From Alphaproteobacteria bacterium (GTDB lineage Bacteria; Pseudomonadota; Alphaproteobacteria; JAJFIK01), in assembly GCA_050331455.1 (NCBI GenBank), contig JBHJGV010000029.1, positions 21,596-85,595 of the forward strand: 64,000 nucleotides of DNA, written 5' to 3'. The notes below the pieces were generated by a model. That model saw nothing but the letters and a program-made list of their open reading frames with translations, ran no database searches and was not told the origin of the DNA. Positions 9,123 through 18,840 of the stretch are shown in pieces. The position numbers were made by a program, and so were the translations under genes. Position 1 is the first letter of the stretch, and each line of letters opens with the position of its first letter.

Positions 9123-10699
9123 CCGATCCCCGCGCCCGGACCGAGCGGCAGGTTGAGCAGGGCCCAGACGAGGGTCATGACCGAGCCGGCCGCCAGGAAC
9201 CACAGGCCATAGGGGATCATCACCGCCATCAGTGAGCCCAGGCCGAAATCGGCGCGCCAGCGTTGGCAGAAGGTGAGCACAAGCGGGAAATAGACCATCA
9301 GCGGCGTGACAATATTGGTCGCGCTGTCCCCGACCCGGTAGGCGGCCGTCGTCATTTCCGGGCTGATATTCAACAACATCAGCATGGGCACCAGGATGGG
9401 GGCGAGAAAAGCCCATTTGGCGCTGGCTGAGCCCACGAAGATGTTCACGCCCGAAGCCAGGAAAATCACCATGACAAGCAAGAGCGGAGCCGGCAGCCCA
9501 CTGGCACGCAACAGATCCGCCCCGGTCACCGCCATGATGATGCCGAGTTTGGACAGTGCGAAAAACTCGACAAAATGGGCGGCCACGAAGGCGAGCACGA
9601 TATAATAGCTCATGGAGGACATGGAGGCGGTCATCATGTCCACCACGTCCCGGTGGCTGCGGATCGTCCGTGCACTGGCCCCATAGGCGATCGATGCGCC
9701 GAGAAACACGATGAAGAAATAGGCCACCAGAGAGGTATAAAAGGGGCGGAGCTGATAGGCGGGATCGACACTCAAATCCCGCAAGGGCGCGCCGGGACCG
9801 AAACCCAGATAGGCCCACAGGGCCGTCACGCCAAGCACGACGAGACCGGCCAGACGCAGGCCCCTGGATTCGCCTTGCGAGAGGTCGCCGTCCCGGGCGC
9901 CCCCTTCGTCCGCTCCCGGCAGCGCTGTCCAGGGGCCGAGGCGCGGCTCGATCAGGCGGTCGGTGACGTACCAGATGACGGGCATGTAAGCGAACAGCAT
10001 GATCGCCATGAAGAACCAGTTGCCCGCGATCGTGGCGGTCCAGTCCGAGACCAGGATCTGGGCGCCCTCTTCGGTGATGCCGAACAGCAGCGCATCAAGC
10101 TGTCCGGGGAGCAGATTGGCTGAAAAGCCCCCCGAGACGCCCGCAAAGGCGGCCGCGATCCCGGCAATGGGATGTCGTCCGGCACCGGCATAAATGACCC
10201 CTGCGAGGGGGATCAACACCACATAGGCCGCATCGACCGCCAGATTGCTCATCATGGCGAGGAAAGCCACGGCCGGTGTCAGCAGGGCGGTCGGAGCCCG
10301 CCGCATGCCGGCCCGCATGGCCGCCCCGAACAGGCCGACCCGCTCCGCGACCCCTGCCCCCAGCATGACCACGAGCACAAGGCCCAGGGGACGAAAGCCC
10401 ATGAGCGTTTCCGGCATCTGGGTGAGAAAATGGCGCAGTTGCTCGCCGCTGAGCAGGCTCTGAGCCTCGATCACCTCTTTCGTGACCGGGTTGACCGCAC
10501 TCAGCCCGGTTGCCGCCGCGTTGGCACTGACCAGGACGACCGCGACCATGAGCCAGACAAAGATGAGCACCGGGTCCGGCAGGCCGTTTCCGGTCCGCTC
10601 GATCCAGCCCAGAACGCCCTTCAACTCCGACGGCGGCGCACCCGCCGTCCCCGCGCCCTGCCCTGTGCTCTCGCCCCCACCCTGGTTTTGCTCACTCAT
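9104..10699 (-). CDS. abgT: AbgT family transporter (p-aminobenzoyl-glutamate / MtrF-type)
   Basis: N-terminus LGWIERTGNGLPDPVLIFVWLMVAVVLVS and a multi-helix body typical of the AbgT family. Start set at the MSEQNQGG Met (the ORF track begins at 10777). Confidence 0.8.
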   Translation of the reverse strand: MSEQNQGGGESTGQGAGTAGAPPSELKGVLGWIERTGNGLPDPVLIFVWLMVAVVLVSANAAATGLSAVNPVTKEVIEAQSLLSGEQLRHFLTQMPETLMGFRPLGLVLVVMLGAGVAERVGLFGAAMRAGMRRAPTALLTPAVAFLAMMSNLAVDAAYVVLIPLAGVIYAGAGRHPIAGIAAAFAGVSGGFSANLLPGQLDALLFGITEEGAQILVSDWTATIAGNWFFMAIMLFAYMPVIWYVTDRLIEPRLGPWTALPGADEGGARDGDLSQGESRGLRLAGLVVLGVTALWAYLGFGPGAPLRDLSVDPAYQLRPFYTSLVAYFFIVFLGASIAYGASARTIRSHRDVVDMMTASMSSMSYYIVLAFVAAHFVEFFALSKLGIIMAVTGADLLRASGLPAPLLLVMVIFLASGVNIFVGSASAKWAFLAPILVPMLMLLNISPEMTTAAYRVGDSATNIVTPLMVYFPLVLTFCQRWRADFGLGSLMAVMIPYGLWFLAAGSVMTLVWALLNLPLGPGAGIGYELPG

Positions 10700-10814
10700 C
10701 CCGGAACCCTCCTCACCGGGCCGCCACATTCCATGTGTTGCGCACCCGCTGCCCAAAATCACTGCTCCAGCACCCATTCCAGGCCCCAGACATCTTTCAC
10801 AAGCCTAACGGAGA

Positions 10815-11661
10815 TTGCAGGGACTGCACTCTGGATTTTTTTGGGGATGGGCGGTCGCGGCGCTCGCCTGTCGTGCCGGACAGAAGATCGACGCGGACGC
10901 CTTCGACTATGTCTGCAAGCTCGACCTCGATCTGCGCCTGCCGCCGCGCTATTTCGAAATGTTGATGGACCGCATGGAGGCCAATCCCACCATCGCGACC
11001 TGCAGCGGCAAGGCCTATATCGAGGAGAACGGCGCGTTTCGGCCCGAGCGCCACGGCGACGACACCTCCCTCGGCATGACCAAATTTTACCGGACCGACC
11101 GGCTCAAGGCGATCGGCGGCTTCGTGCGCGACATGAATTGGGACGGCATCGATTGCCACCAGTGCCGGATGCAGGGCGGACTGGCCTGCAGTTGGGACGA
11201 TCCGGAACTGCGCGTTGTCCATCTGCGGCCCATGGGATCGAGCCAGAAGGGCATCATCACCGGCAAGATCCGCTACGGCTACGCCCTATTATATGGGCAC
11301 GGGCCTCCTTTACCTGACCGCCAGCGCCCTGACCCGGGTCAATCAACGGCCCTATCTGCTAGGCAGCACCGCGGTCCTGTGGGGCTGGATCGAGGCCAAA
11401 CTCAAGGGCAAGCCCCGGTTCGAGCGCCCGAAAAGCGGTTTCGTGCTGCCCTATGACCGCTGGATGCGCAGCACCTTGGGCAAGCAGATCGACCGTACAT
11501 TGACGGACTCGGATCTCGTGCGCATGGCCGGCCTCGACCCCCAGGCCGTGGCCACCTATTGGCGCAGCTATCGCAAAGGCGCCAAGGGCCAATACTGGAC
11601 CTGCGTCTGGGCCCTTTACGTGCTCACCCAGTGGTGCAGCCGGCATGGGGTTGGGATATAA
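10815..11661 (+). pseudogene. glycosyltransferase-like gene remnant (N-terminally truncated, frameshift near 11280)
   Basis: Two overlapping ORFs in different frames (10815..11456 and 11215..11661) read as one protein: ...TKFYRTDRLKAIGGFVRDMNWDGIDCH...GKIRYGYA / YYMGTGLLYLTASALTRVNQRPYLLGSTAVLWGWIE... A GT2-like C-terminal half with a membrane segment is present, but no N-terminal DXD catalytic region. Confidence 0.5.
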
Positions 11662-11779
11662 GGGCGCGACACCCCCCCTCCCTTTCGCAGAAGAAATCGC
11701 CCGTCAAAGACGCTTTGGACCAATGGGGGGCTGGCACCGTGTGATGCATTCGTACACAGATTGATGAGGAGATTGCCCC

Positions 11780-12580
11780 ATGGCAAAAGCACTGGACTTG
11801 TTCAAGCTGGACGGCAAGGTCGCTGTCGTGACCGGGGGCGCCAAGGGTCTTGGTTATTTCATGGCCGAGGGGCTCGCCGAGGCGGGCGCCGATGTGGTGA
11901 TCTGTGGACGGGGCAAAAGTGGCGGGCTGGAGGATGCACGCGAGCGCATCGAACGCAGCGGGCGTCAATGCCTCGCAATCGAATGCGATGTCAGCAATGA
12001 AAATGCCGTGGTTGCGATGGCCGCGCGGGTCAAGGAGCACTTCGGGCGATGCGATATCCTCATTAACAATGCCGGCCTCGGCGGCGTCACGCCTTCGGTC
12101 AATCTCAGTGCCGATGATTTTGCGCGGATGATGGACGTCAACCTGACAGGCATGTTTCTGTGCGCTCGTGAGATCGGTAAGCTGATGATCGCGCAGGGCG
12201 GAGGATGCATCATCAACCTGTCGAGCGAGAACGGCCAAGTCGGCTTCTCGGCCGGTATGACCCATTACGCCACGAGCAAGAGCGGCGCGATCGGCATGAC
12301 ACGCTCGCTGGCGGTCGAATGGGGAAAGCACGGCATTCGGGTCAACGCGATTCTCCCCGGTAATATGGAGGAGGGTATGATGGAGTTCCTGCAGGACAAG
12401 GAGGGCCCGCTCCATCAGGCATTGGCGCCGCCCTTGCTGGGTCTGACGCCCCTGGGCTCATTCGGCACCGGCGATGATATGAAGGGGGCGGCGGTTTTTC
12501 TCGCCTCTGAAGCCGGGCGTTATGTCACCGGAGCCATGCTCGTCGTGGACGGAGGTTTCACGATCAACAGTGGCCTTTGA
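11780..12580 (+). CDS. SDR family NAD(P)-dependent oxidoreductase
   Basis: GKVAVVTGGAKGLGYFMA (TGxxxGxG), NNAG, and the YATSK catalytic YxxxK motif. RBS GAGGAG upstream. Confidence 0.9.
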   Translation: MAKALDLFKLDGKVAVVTGGAKGLGYFMAEGLAEAGADVVICGRGKSGGLEDARERIERSGRQCLAIECDVSNENAVVAMAARVKEHFGRCDILINNAGLGGVTPSVNLSADDFARMMDVNLTGMFLCAREIGKLMIAQGGGCIINLSSENGQVGFSAGMTHYATSKSGAIGMTRSLAVEWGKHGIRVNAILPGNMEEGMMEFLQDKEGPLHQALAPPLLGLTPLGSFGTGDDMKGAAVFLASEAGRYVTGAMLVVDGGFTINSGL

Positions 12581-12911
12581 GCCGCGCCATGTCTTACCGA
12601 CGCATGGGAATGCTCTTTGTCGGCACACAGACAGGCACCAGGCATTGCCCAGGCAATCGTCATCTCGCACGGGCCTGTAAAAACAGTCGGGGAGCGGACC
12701 ACAGGCCGGTCCTCCCCTCGCCCACATCTGCGAAAATTTGAACGGACTCGTTTTGGCCGCCGGCATATTCGTGCCTGAATGCGGAGCTTTAGAGGACGGA
12801 CATCCCACATTCGGCGAGGTTGGAAACGGCAAAAAACAACGCTCATGCGCGGCGGTGAGACGCCGTTTCCATAGTGGATGTCATGATTGAAAGTGATGTC
12901 ATGATTGACAT

Positions 12912-12998
12912 TGGTGCGGCCGAGAAGACTCGAACTTCCACCCGTGTTACCGGACAGCGACCTCAACGCTGCGCGTCTACCAATTCCGCCACGGCCGC
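12912..12998 (-). tRNA. tRNA-Leu (anticodon GAG), 87 nt with long variable arm and encoded CCA
   Basis: Reverse complement reads GCGGCCGTGGCGGAATTGGTAGACGCGCAGCGTTGAGGTCGCTGTCCGGTAACACGGGTGGAAGTTCGAGTCTTCTCGGCCGCACCA. It has the class II cloverleaf. The anticodon loop TTGAGGT gives anticodon GAG. Confidence 0.85.
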
Positions 12999-13101
12999 GA
13001 AGGAAAGGTTCTTCAAGTAGACCCGGGACGTAGCAAATCGGATCCGCCTTGTGAAGGGCCTTGAGGCGAAAATCGCCCCGAGGCCCGGCCCCGGCGCGCG
13101 C

Positions 13102-13938
13102 TCAAATGCCGTCGCCGTCGGTGAGGGCCGGCTGATGGATGCCGCACTCGTCCTTGTCGAGGCCGGACCAGCGGCCCGAGCGGTAATCCTCGCCCTCCTT
13201 CACCCGATCCGTGCAGGGCATGCAGCCGATGGAGAGATAGCCGTCCTTGACCAGGGGGTGCCGGGGCAGGTTGTGGGTTGCCATGTAATCGTTGAGGTGC
13301 TCCAGGGTCCAACTGGCCAGGGGATTGATCTTGAAGCGCCCTTCGGACACCTCGATGGCCTCCATCCGGGCCCGCGCGCCGGTCTGGAAGCGCTTGCGGC
13401 CCGTGATCTGCGCTTCAAAGCCCGCCAACCCCCGCTCCAACGGCAAGACTTTGCGGAAATGACAGCAGGCATCCGGCTCCTGGGACCACAGCATGCCATT
13501 GGGGTCGAGCCGGGCCGTGTCCTTCGGGTGCGGGTGCAGCACCCGCAGATCGGTCAGGCCCAGCACCTCCTGGAGCCGGTCCCGGTAGCGCAGGGTCTCC
13601 CCGAACAGCTTGCCCGTATTCAGAAACAGCACCGGCACCATGGGGTCCACCCGGGACACCATATGCAGCAGCACGGCGGACTCCGCCCCAAAGGATGACA
13701 CGGCCGCAATGGTGCCGGGAAAATCCTCCTCGATCAGGGGGCGGAGCAGCTCCACCCCACCGAGGTCGCCATGGCGAGCCCACAGATCGGCCAACCGGTC
13801 GGCCAGGGCCGCGTCCTCGGGCGCCGCGCCGTCGCCGCCATCCATGGGCCGGGGGCGCGGCTTGGGCTGGCCCGGCGGCGTCACGCCGTCCACACGGCCG
13901 TTCGTGAGGGGAATGGTGGTGACGCTCATGGCAGCCAT
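13102..13938 (-). CDS. cysH: phosphoadenylyl-sulfate / adenylyl-sulfate reductase (thioredoxin-dependent), CysH family
   Basis: SSFGAESAVLLHMVSRVDP (PP-loop-like), the DACCHFRKVLPL motif, and C-terminal ECGIH. The cysteine pairs suggest the Fe-S-containing APS-reductase type. Start moved inward to avoid a large overlap with the upstream gene. Confidence 0.85.
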   Translation of the reverse strand: MAAMSVTTIPLTNGRVDGVTPPGQPKPRPRPMDGGDGAAPEDAALADRLADLWARHGDLGGVELLRPLIEEDFPGTIAAVSSFGAESAVLLHMVSRVDPMVPVLFLNTGKLFGETLRYRDRLQEVLGLTDLRVLHPHPKDTARLDPNGMLWSQEPDACCHFRKVLPLERGLAGFEAQITGRKRFQTGARARMEAIEVSEGRFKINPLASWTLEHLNDYMATHNLPRHPLVKDGYLSIGCMPCTDRVKEGEDYRSGRWSGLDKDECGIHQPALTDGDGI

Positions 13939-14507
13939 CCTTTCTCGGCCAGCAGGGCTTCGGTGCATTTGGACACCTCGGGAAGGCTCAGGCCCGCGGC
14001 CCGCCAGGTCTCCCGCGCCCGGGCGATTTCCTCCAGCCGGTCCGCCCAGTCCGGGCCGAACCGGGCTTCAATATCCCGCCGCAGCCGCCGGGCGAGGCCC
14101 GGCGATTTGCCATTGGTGGAAATGGTGAACAGCAGGTCTCCACGGCGCACCATGGAGGGCACATGAAAATCGCACAGGGGGCGCACGTCCTCGGTGTTCA
14201 CGAGGACCTTGTGGGCCCGGGCGAGATCGGCAAGCCGCCGGGCAAGGTCATCGGACAGGTCCGCGGTGAACAGCACGGTCAGGCCGGCAATGTCCGCCTC
14301 GTCGGGCCAACGCCGAGACAGGCGATCGCCCGCCTGGGCCACCATGTCCGCGTCCGCATCCGGCGAGAACACGCTCACCCGATCGGCCCCGGCGGCATCC
14401 AGAAGCGCCACGCGGCGCACGGCCGCGCCGCTCCCGCCGACAACAGCGACGGGAACGCCTGTCAGGTCGAGCATAATGGGAAACACCGGACCCGCCTTTC
14501 CGCTCAC
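13926..14507 (-). CDS. precorrin-2 dehydrogenase / sirohydrochlorin ferrochelatase family protein (CysG N-terminal domain-like, siroheme synthesis)
   Basis: FPIMLDLTGVPVAVVGGSGAAVRRVALLDAAGA is the Rossmann signature of the CysG N-domain/SirC/Met8 family. Sits immediately upstream of cysH. Confidence 0.75.
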   Translation of the reverse strand: MSGKAGPVFPIMLDLTGVPVAVVGGSGAAVRRVALLDAAGADRVSVFSPDADADMVAQAGDRLSRRWPDEADIAGLTVLFTADLSDDLARRLADLARAHKVLVNTEDVRPLCDFHVPSMVRRGDLLFTISTNGKSPGLARRLRRDIEARFGPDWADRLEEIARARETWRAAGLSLPEVSKCTEALLAEKGWLP

Positions 14508-14641
14508 GTTTCACGCCCATCGACGCGGTGATCTTGCAACAAAACACCGCGGCACTTGTGGAGACGTGGTCGGGGGCCGGCTAAAATTCAATCGCGCTTG
14601 GAAAACTTTATGATGCACACAAATGCAATGTGGAACATAGC

Positions 14642-14875
14642 TCAGGCAGCGGCGCCGAGCCGGTCCGTGATGGACACAGCGATGCGGTCGCCCTGAACCA
14701 TGATTTCGCCGCGCGCGATAGGCCGGTTGTTGGCCAGCACCCAGACTTCGTCATTCTGGTGGGCATCGAGCTCAATAACGGCTCCTCGCCCCATGCGCAG
14801 CAACTGGTGCATGGGCAGTTCCGTCTTGCCGAGCACAACGGATATCTCCACTTTCACCGAACCGAGGGCGGTCAT
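14642..14875 (-). CDS. FliN/SpoA-domain protein (flagellar motor switch FliN / T3SS YscQ C-terminal-like), 77 aa, orphan
   Basis: [67 protein letters not shown] closely follows the FliN surface-presentation-of-antigens consensus. No other flagellar or T3SS genes are in the window. Confidence 0.7.
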   Translation of the reverse strand: MTALGSVKVEISVVLGKTELPMHQLLRMGRGAVIELDAHQNDEVWVLANNRPIARGEIMVQGDRIAVSITDRLGAAA

Positions 14876-15001
14876 GGCACGTCTCCCCTGTTTGGCCGAG
14901 GCCGGTCTTGGACAGGCTCACCCTGGCAGCCAGACCTTGCCGGGCGGTTTCGCGCCCCAAGCTGCGCCCATCCTCCACATCGCCGACCAAAGGAGAGACC
15001 C

Positions 15002-15697
15002 ATGACGGAGCTGTCGGCCCTCAAGCGGGAGGCGCCCGTCGACTGGCTGATTTCGCCGGGCCTTGTCGATTATGCCACGGCGGAACGTGCCATGGCGGAC
15101 CGGGTGGCCGCGATCCTTGAGGGCACGGCGCCTGAGGCGATCTGGCTGCTGGAGCACCCGCCCCTTTACACGGCGGGCACCAGTGCGAAGCCTACGGACC
15201 TTCTGACCCCGGACCGTTTCCCCGTGCATCAGACCGGGCGTGGCGGGCAATACACCTATCACGGGCCGGGCCAGCGGGTGGCCTATGTCATGCTGGATCT
15301 CAAAGCCCGGGGGCAGGATGTGCGCGCATTCGTGACGGGGCTGGAGACCTGGATTATCGAAACACTCGCCGCCTTCAATGTGCGGGGCGAGCGGCGGGGC
15401 GAACGGGTCGGTGTCTGGGTCGCCCGGGGGGGCGGCCGGGAGGACAAGATCGCCGCCATCGGCATCCGGGTGCGCCGCTGGGTCAGCTTCCACGGGATCG
15501 CCATCAATGTGGAGCCGGATCTGGAGCATTTCGCCGGCATCGTGCCGTGCGGCATCAGCCAGCACGGCATCACCAGCCTTGTCGATCTCGGGCTGCCCAT
15601 CACCATGGCCGACCTGGACATCGCCCTGAAAGCCGCCTTCGAGCCCGTGTTCGGTCCGGCCCGCCAGGCCGCCCCGACCATGGCCCCGACGCTTTAG
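15002..15697 (+). CDS. lipB: lipoyl(octanoyl) transferase LipB
   Basis: [21 protein letters not shown]...[25 protein letters not shown]...[22 protein letters not shown] are LipB signatures. RBS AAGGAGAG upstream of the ATG at 15002. Confidence 0.9.
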   Translation: MTELSALKREAPVDWLISPGLVDYATAERAMADRVAAILEGTAPEAIWLLEHPPLYTAGTSAKPTDLLTPDRFPVHQTGRGGQYTYHGPGQRVAYVMLDLKARGQDVRAFVTGLETWIIETLAAFNVRGERRGERVGVWVARGGGREDKIAAIGIRVRRWVSFHGIAINVEPDLEHFAGIVPCGISQHGITSLVDLGLPITMADLDIALKAAFEPVFGPARQAAPTMAPTL

Positions 15698-15768
15698 CCG
15701 GGGCAGACCACAAAATGGCGGTTCAGGCTGGGGCGGTTCAGGCTGGCCGGGAGAGCGGCGCCCGCCCC

Positions 15769-16617
15769 TTAGAAATTGGCCTGCAGACCGAAGCCCCAGC
15801 GCAGAGATCCCCGGCGCCCCAGGCCCGGCTCGCCATCCATCAGAAAGTGGTCCCGACTGGCCCGGTCCCACTGCAATCCGGCGGTTAAATCCACCTGATC
15901 GGACAGACCCGTGACGATATTTGCTCCCAGGCCCGCATAACGATAGCCGGGAGCCGTGCCGCTGACCACCTTGCCGACGGCGGCATGGGCCGCAACGTCC
16001 AGGCGGGGCAGGACAGTAAAGGCCTTCTCGACGGCGGCCTCCAGGCTCGCGGTGTTGCTCAAGGCATCGTGGCACAGGCTCAAGGCCGGTTGCCCCGGGG
16101 CATCCATCAGGAGACGGATGACCGGTTCCACAGCGAGGCGGTCCTCATTGGCGATTGCCACCCGGGACCCCGCCCCGTTCGCCACGGCATCGGGGGTCAG
16201 CACGGGCAGGGTCAGAGCCTGAAGCCCCAAATCGAGCGTGAGGCCCGCCATGAGGGACTGTTTGACGCCGCCGAAAACATGGTAGCGCGCCTGGGCCGGC
16301 GCATTTTCCTCTTCAAAGGGGCGCACACCGCGATAGCCCCCGTAAAAGGGTCCATAGTCCACGCGTACCGTGCGGTGCAGCCCGGTCTCGGCGGTCTGGA
16401 TACCGCGGAACACATGCTCACTGTCGAAGTTAACCTCGTGGAAAACGGAAAAACGATATCCCTCGTCTTCGACAAGGTGAACGGGTTGCGGCCCGCGCTC
16501 GACGCTCACGGCTCGGGCCGGCTGGGGCTGAAGCAACAGCCCCAGGGCAACTCCGACGGCCGCACCGGGCAAAGCCGCCGTGCCGCGGGCGCCCGTGCGC
16601 CGGCACGCGGCGCCCAT
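15769..16617 (-). CDS. hypothetical outer-membrane beta-barrel-like protein
   Basis: Signal-like N-terminus (AALPGAAVGVALGLLLQPQPARA), alternating amphipathic strands, and a C-terminal aromatic residue (...GFGLQANF). Start position uncertain; the ORF track begins at 16686. Confidence 0.5.
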   Translation of the reverse strand: MGAACRRTGARGTAALPGAAVGVALGLLLQPQPARAVSVERGPQPVHLVEDEGYRFSVFHEVNFDSEHVFRGIQTAETGLHRTVRVDYGPFYGGYRGVRPFEEENAPAQARYHVFGGVKQSLMAGLTLDLGLQALTLPVLTPDAVANGAGSRVAIANEDRLAVEPVIRLLMDAPGQPALSLCHDALSNTASLEAAVEKAFTVLPRLDVAAHAAVGKVVSGTAPGYRYAGLGANIVTGLSDQVDLTAGLQWDRASRDHFLMDGEPGLGRRGSLRWGFGLQANF

Positions 16618-16849
16618 GCCGCGCCCACCGCGGAAGGCCGCGGCGGGCGCGCTTATTGTGTCGGTCCCCACGAAAAAAGCCCCCAATGCTTCGGGTCGGT
16701 TCCACGCAGCCCCTGAACGACCTTCAAAAGCCGCCCCTCGTCCCGGATCGCAGCCTGTGACACCACCGCATCAATTGCGGGGTTGCAGCCACGCCGCAGA
16801 TCAGGATCTGCGCACGGGCCTTAAAGTCCGGCTAAAATCAGCTTACAAA

Positions 16850-18835
16850 ATGGGATCGGGTGAATGGGATGTCGGGATTGGCGGCGTCGCCCGCTGCGGA
16901 TCGGCGCAGCGGATGCGAGCCGCGAGCGTGGAGACGAGAATGATCAGGGTCGCTATCCGCAGAACCGGGCGCCGCAGTCACCCTGGCGTGCCGGCCACGC
17001 TGAGCCGTTGCAGGGGCGCGGGGTCCCCTGCCGGCCTCCCCCTACAGCATTTCATAATCGGCCTTCTGGTCCTGGTCTTTGCGACCGGCGTGATGCCGGC
17101 CCAGCCATGGGCCAGAGACGTGGATCGCATCCTGCCGCCGCGAACCGTCGAGGCCACGCCGTCGGGCGCTCCGGCGACCATCGCGCCCTGGGTCTGGACC
17201 GTGACGCCGCGCCTGGAGACCCGGGCGGTGCAGGTCTTCGCCACCGTGACGACGCCGGAAGGCCGCGTCTACCCGGCGCTGCGGGCCGTGCCCGGCGTGG
17301 GAGAGTCCAGTTTCGATCCCGGCGGGCCGGTGCGAATCGCGATCCGGGACGCGGCGGGACGGACGGTTGTCGATGTGCCCTTTCCCGGCTCCGAGCAACG
17401 GGTGGGCGCCGGCGAGATTTCCGGAGCCGGTGTGACCCGGATCGCCGTGGAGCTGCGGATGTTCGGCGAGGTGCGCCAGCTCACCTGGACCGTCGAGACG
17501 CCGGTGGAGAGCGGCGCCGAAGCCGAAAAGGTGGCCGCCGCGCCTGAGGCCGTTAAACCGCGCTCCGTGGAGCCCCAAACGGCGCAGACCGGCCGCACGC
17601 CCCCGTCATCCGGTGCGCCCCGCTCTATCCAGCCAGAGCCCGAGGCCTTCCGGCCAGAGCCAATGACGCCCACTGAGGATTTGGCCCGCCAGGCTGCACC
17701 CGCCGAAACACCGCCGCGCCGGGCCCTCGGCGCCACCGGCGACGTGCCCCAACTGGCCGGCGGGGACAATACGGTCAGTCAACGGACCGGCACACCATCG
17801 GGAACCCGGGGCACCGAAGCAACGGGCCCCTTCATTCCGGATGTGGCGCCGGCGCCCCGGCCTCGCCCCACCGCGCCCGAACCGCGCGAGGGACCGCGTA
17901 TTGCCATGGAGATCGCACCGCGGACCGGCTTGGCAAGCGGCCGGCGCACCATGTCCGTGGAGCCGGCGCCGACACCGCCCAGCCAGCCGGCGCAGCCTCG
18001 GGCGTCCTCCATCGCGCCGGCCCCGCCGCCCCCTCCGAGCCGAGCCGCCAGCCCGCCAAGCGCCGGTGTCGGGCGGACCGACGGGCGCTGGTCCAGCTGG
18101 ACTCCGGGCGCGCCTCAGACCGATCGTGAGACCGGTGGACCGGTTTCCCTGGCCCCGGGCAGTGACCGCAGCGCCGCCACGGATCCGTTCCGACCCGACA
18201 GGACCGAACCGACGCAGCGACCATCGCAGGTCAGAACCGCTGCCCTGCCCCCGGCCCAATCCTCGCCATCCCGTCCAAGCGCCGCCGCAGACCGCCCCGC
18301 CGGTTATGACTCCGGCACCGGGGTCCGGGATCCGGCAACGGCCTCCCGGTCGCCGGTCGGCTCTGGCGCCGATATACCGCGTCCGCTGCCCGCGCCCTGG
18401 ACCGTGCGGCGGCCGTCCACGGCCGCGGCCCGCTCGGTCGCCGCGAGAGAAGGCCAGGCGGCCTGGGAACCAAGACGCCCCATGACCCCGGAAGAGACCT
18501 CCCGAACCATCGAACAACTCCTGTCCGGGGCCAGCGGTTCGCCCGTGCAGGTGCCGCCACGCCGCACCGAAGATCCTGGCACGGCACCGGCGGCGGCGCG
18601 CCTGAGCGGACCCGTCGATACCGGTGTGCGCCGTTCCGAACGCGAGCGCAATTGTTCACGCGTCGTCTATACCTATGCCTGTACCGGCCGCCCCGCCTTC
18701 GGCGAGGAAGCCGACAGCATCACCTTTTCCTGCGACCGGGACATGGAAGACTGTTGCGACGCGCGCAAATCCCGCGTCGCGCGCCTGTGCGGCGACCGCA
18801 ATTCAGTCAAGACATTCGACTGCGGCTGTTCTTGA
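16850..18835 (+). CDS. hypothetical membrane-anchored proline-rich protein with cysteine-rich C-terminal domain
   Basis: Open frame of about 660 codons after the MGSGEW Met. Includes a TM/signal-anchor (FIIGLLVLVFATGVM), a ~150-aa region that looks folded, a ~400-aa Pro/Ala/Ser/Arg-rich low-complexity stretch, and a C-terminal ~60 aa with 8 Cys (CSRVVYTYACTGRP...FSCDRDMEDCCDARKSRVARLCGD...FDCGCS). A terminator hairpin follows. High-GC DNA allows long spurious frames, hence moderate confidence. Confidence 0.55.
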   Translation: MGSGEWDVGIGGVARCGSAQRMRAASVETRMIRVAIRRTGRRSHPGVPATLSRCRGAGSPAGLPLQHFIIGLLVLVFATGVMPAQPWARDVDRILPPRTVEATPSGAPATIAPWVWTVTPRLETRAVQVFATVTTPEGRVYPALRAVPGVGESSFDPGGPVRIAIRDAAGRTVVDVPFPGSEQRVGAGEISGAGVTRIAVELRMFGEVRQLTWTVETPVESGAEAEKVAAAPEAVKPRSVEPQTAQTGRTPPSSGAPRSIQPEPEAFRPEPMTPTEDLARQAAPAETPPRRALGATGDVPQLAGGDNTVSQRTGTPSGTRGTEATGPFIPDVAPAPRPRPTAPEPREGPRIAMEIAPRTGLASGRRTMSVEPAPTPPSQPAQPRASSIAPAPPPPPSRAASPPSAGVGRTDGRWSSWTPGAPQTDRETGGPVSLAPGSDRSAATDPFRPDRTEPTQRPSQVRTAALPPAQSSPSRPSAAADRPAGYDSGTGVRDPATASRSPVGSGADIPRPLPAPWTVRRPSTAAARSVAAREGQAAWEPRRPMTPEETSRTIEQLLSGASGSPVQVPPRRTEDPGTAPAAARLSGPVDTGVRRSERERNCSRVVYTYACTGRPAFGEEADSITFSCDRDMEDCCDARKSRVARLCGDRNSVKTFDCGCS

Positions 18836-18840
18836 ATGTT

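Noticed and set aside
10815-11661. Considered a programmed +1 frameshift in the glycosyltransferase-like gene
   Set aside because: No slippery heptamer or downstream structure is evident, and the gene also lacks its N-terminal catalytic half. Decay is the simpler explanation.
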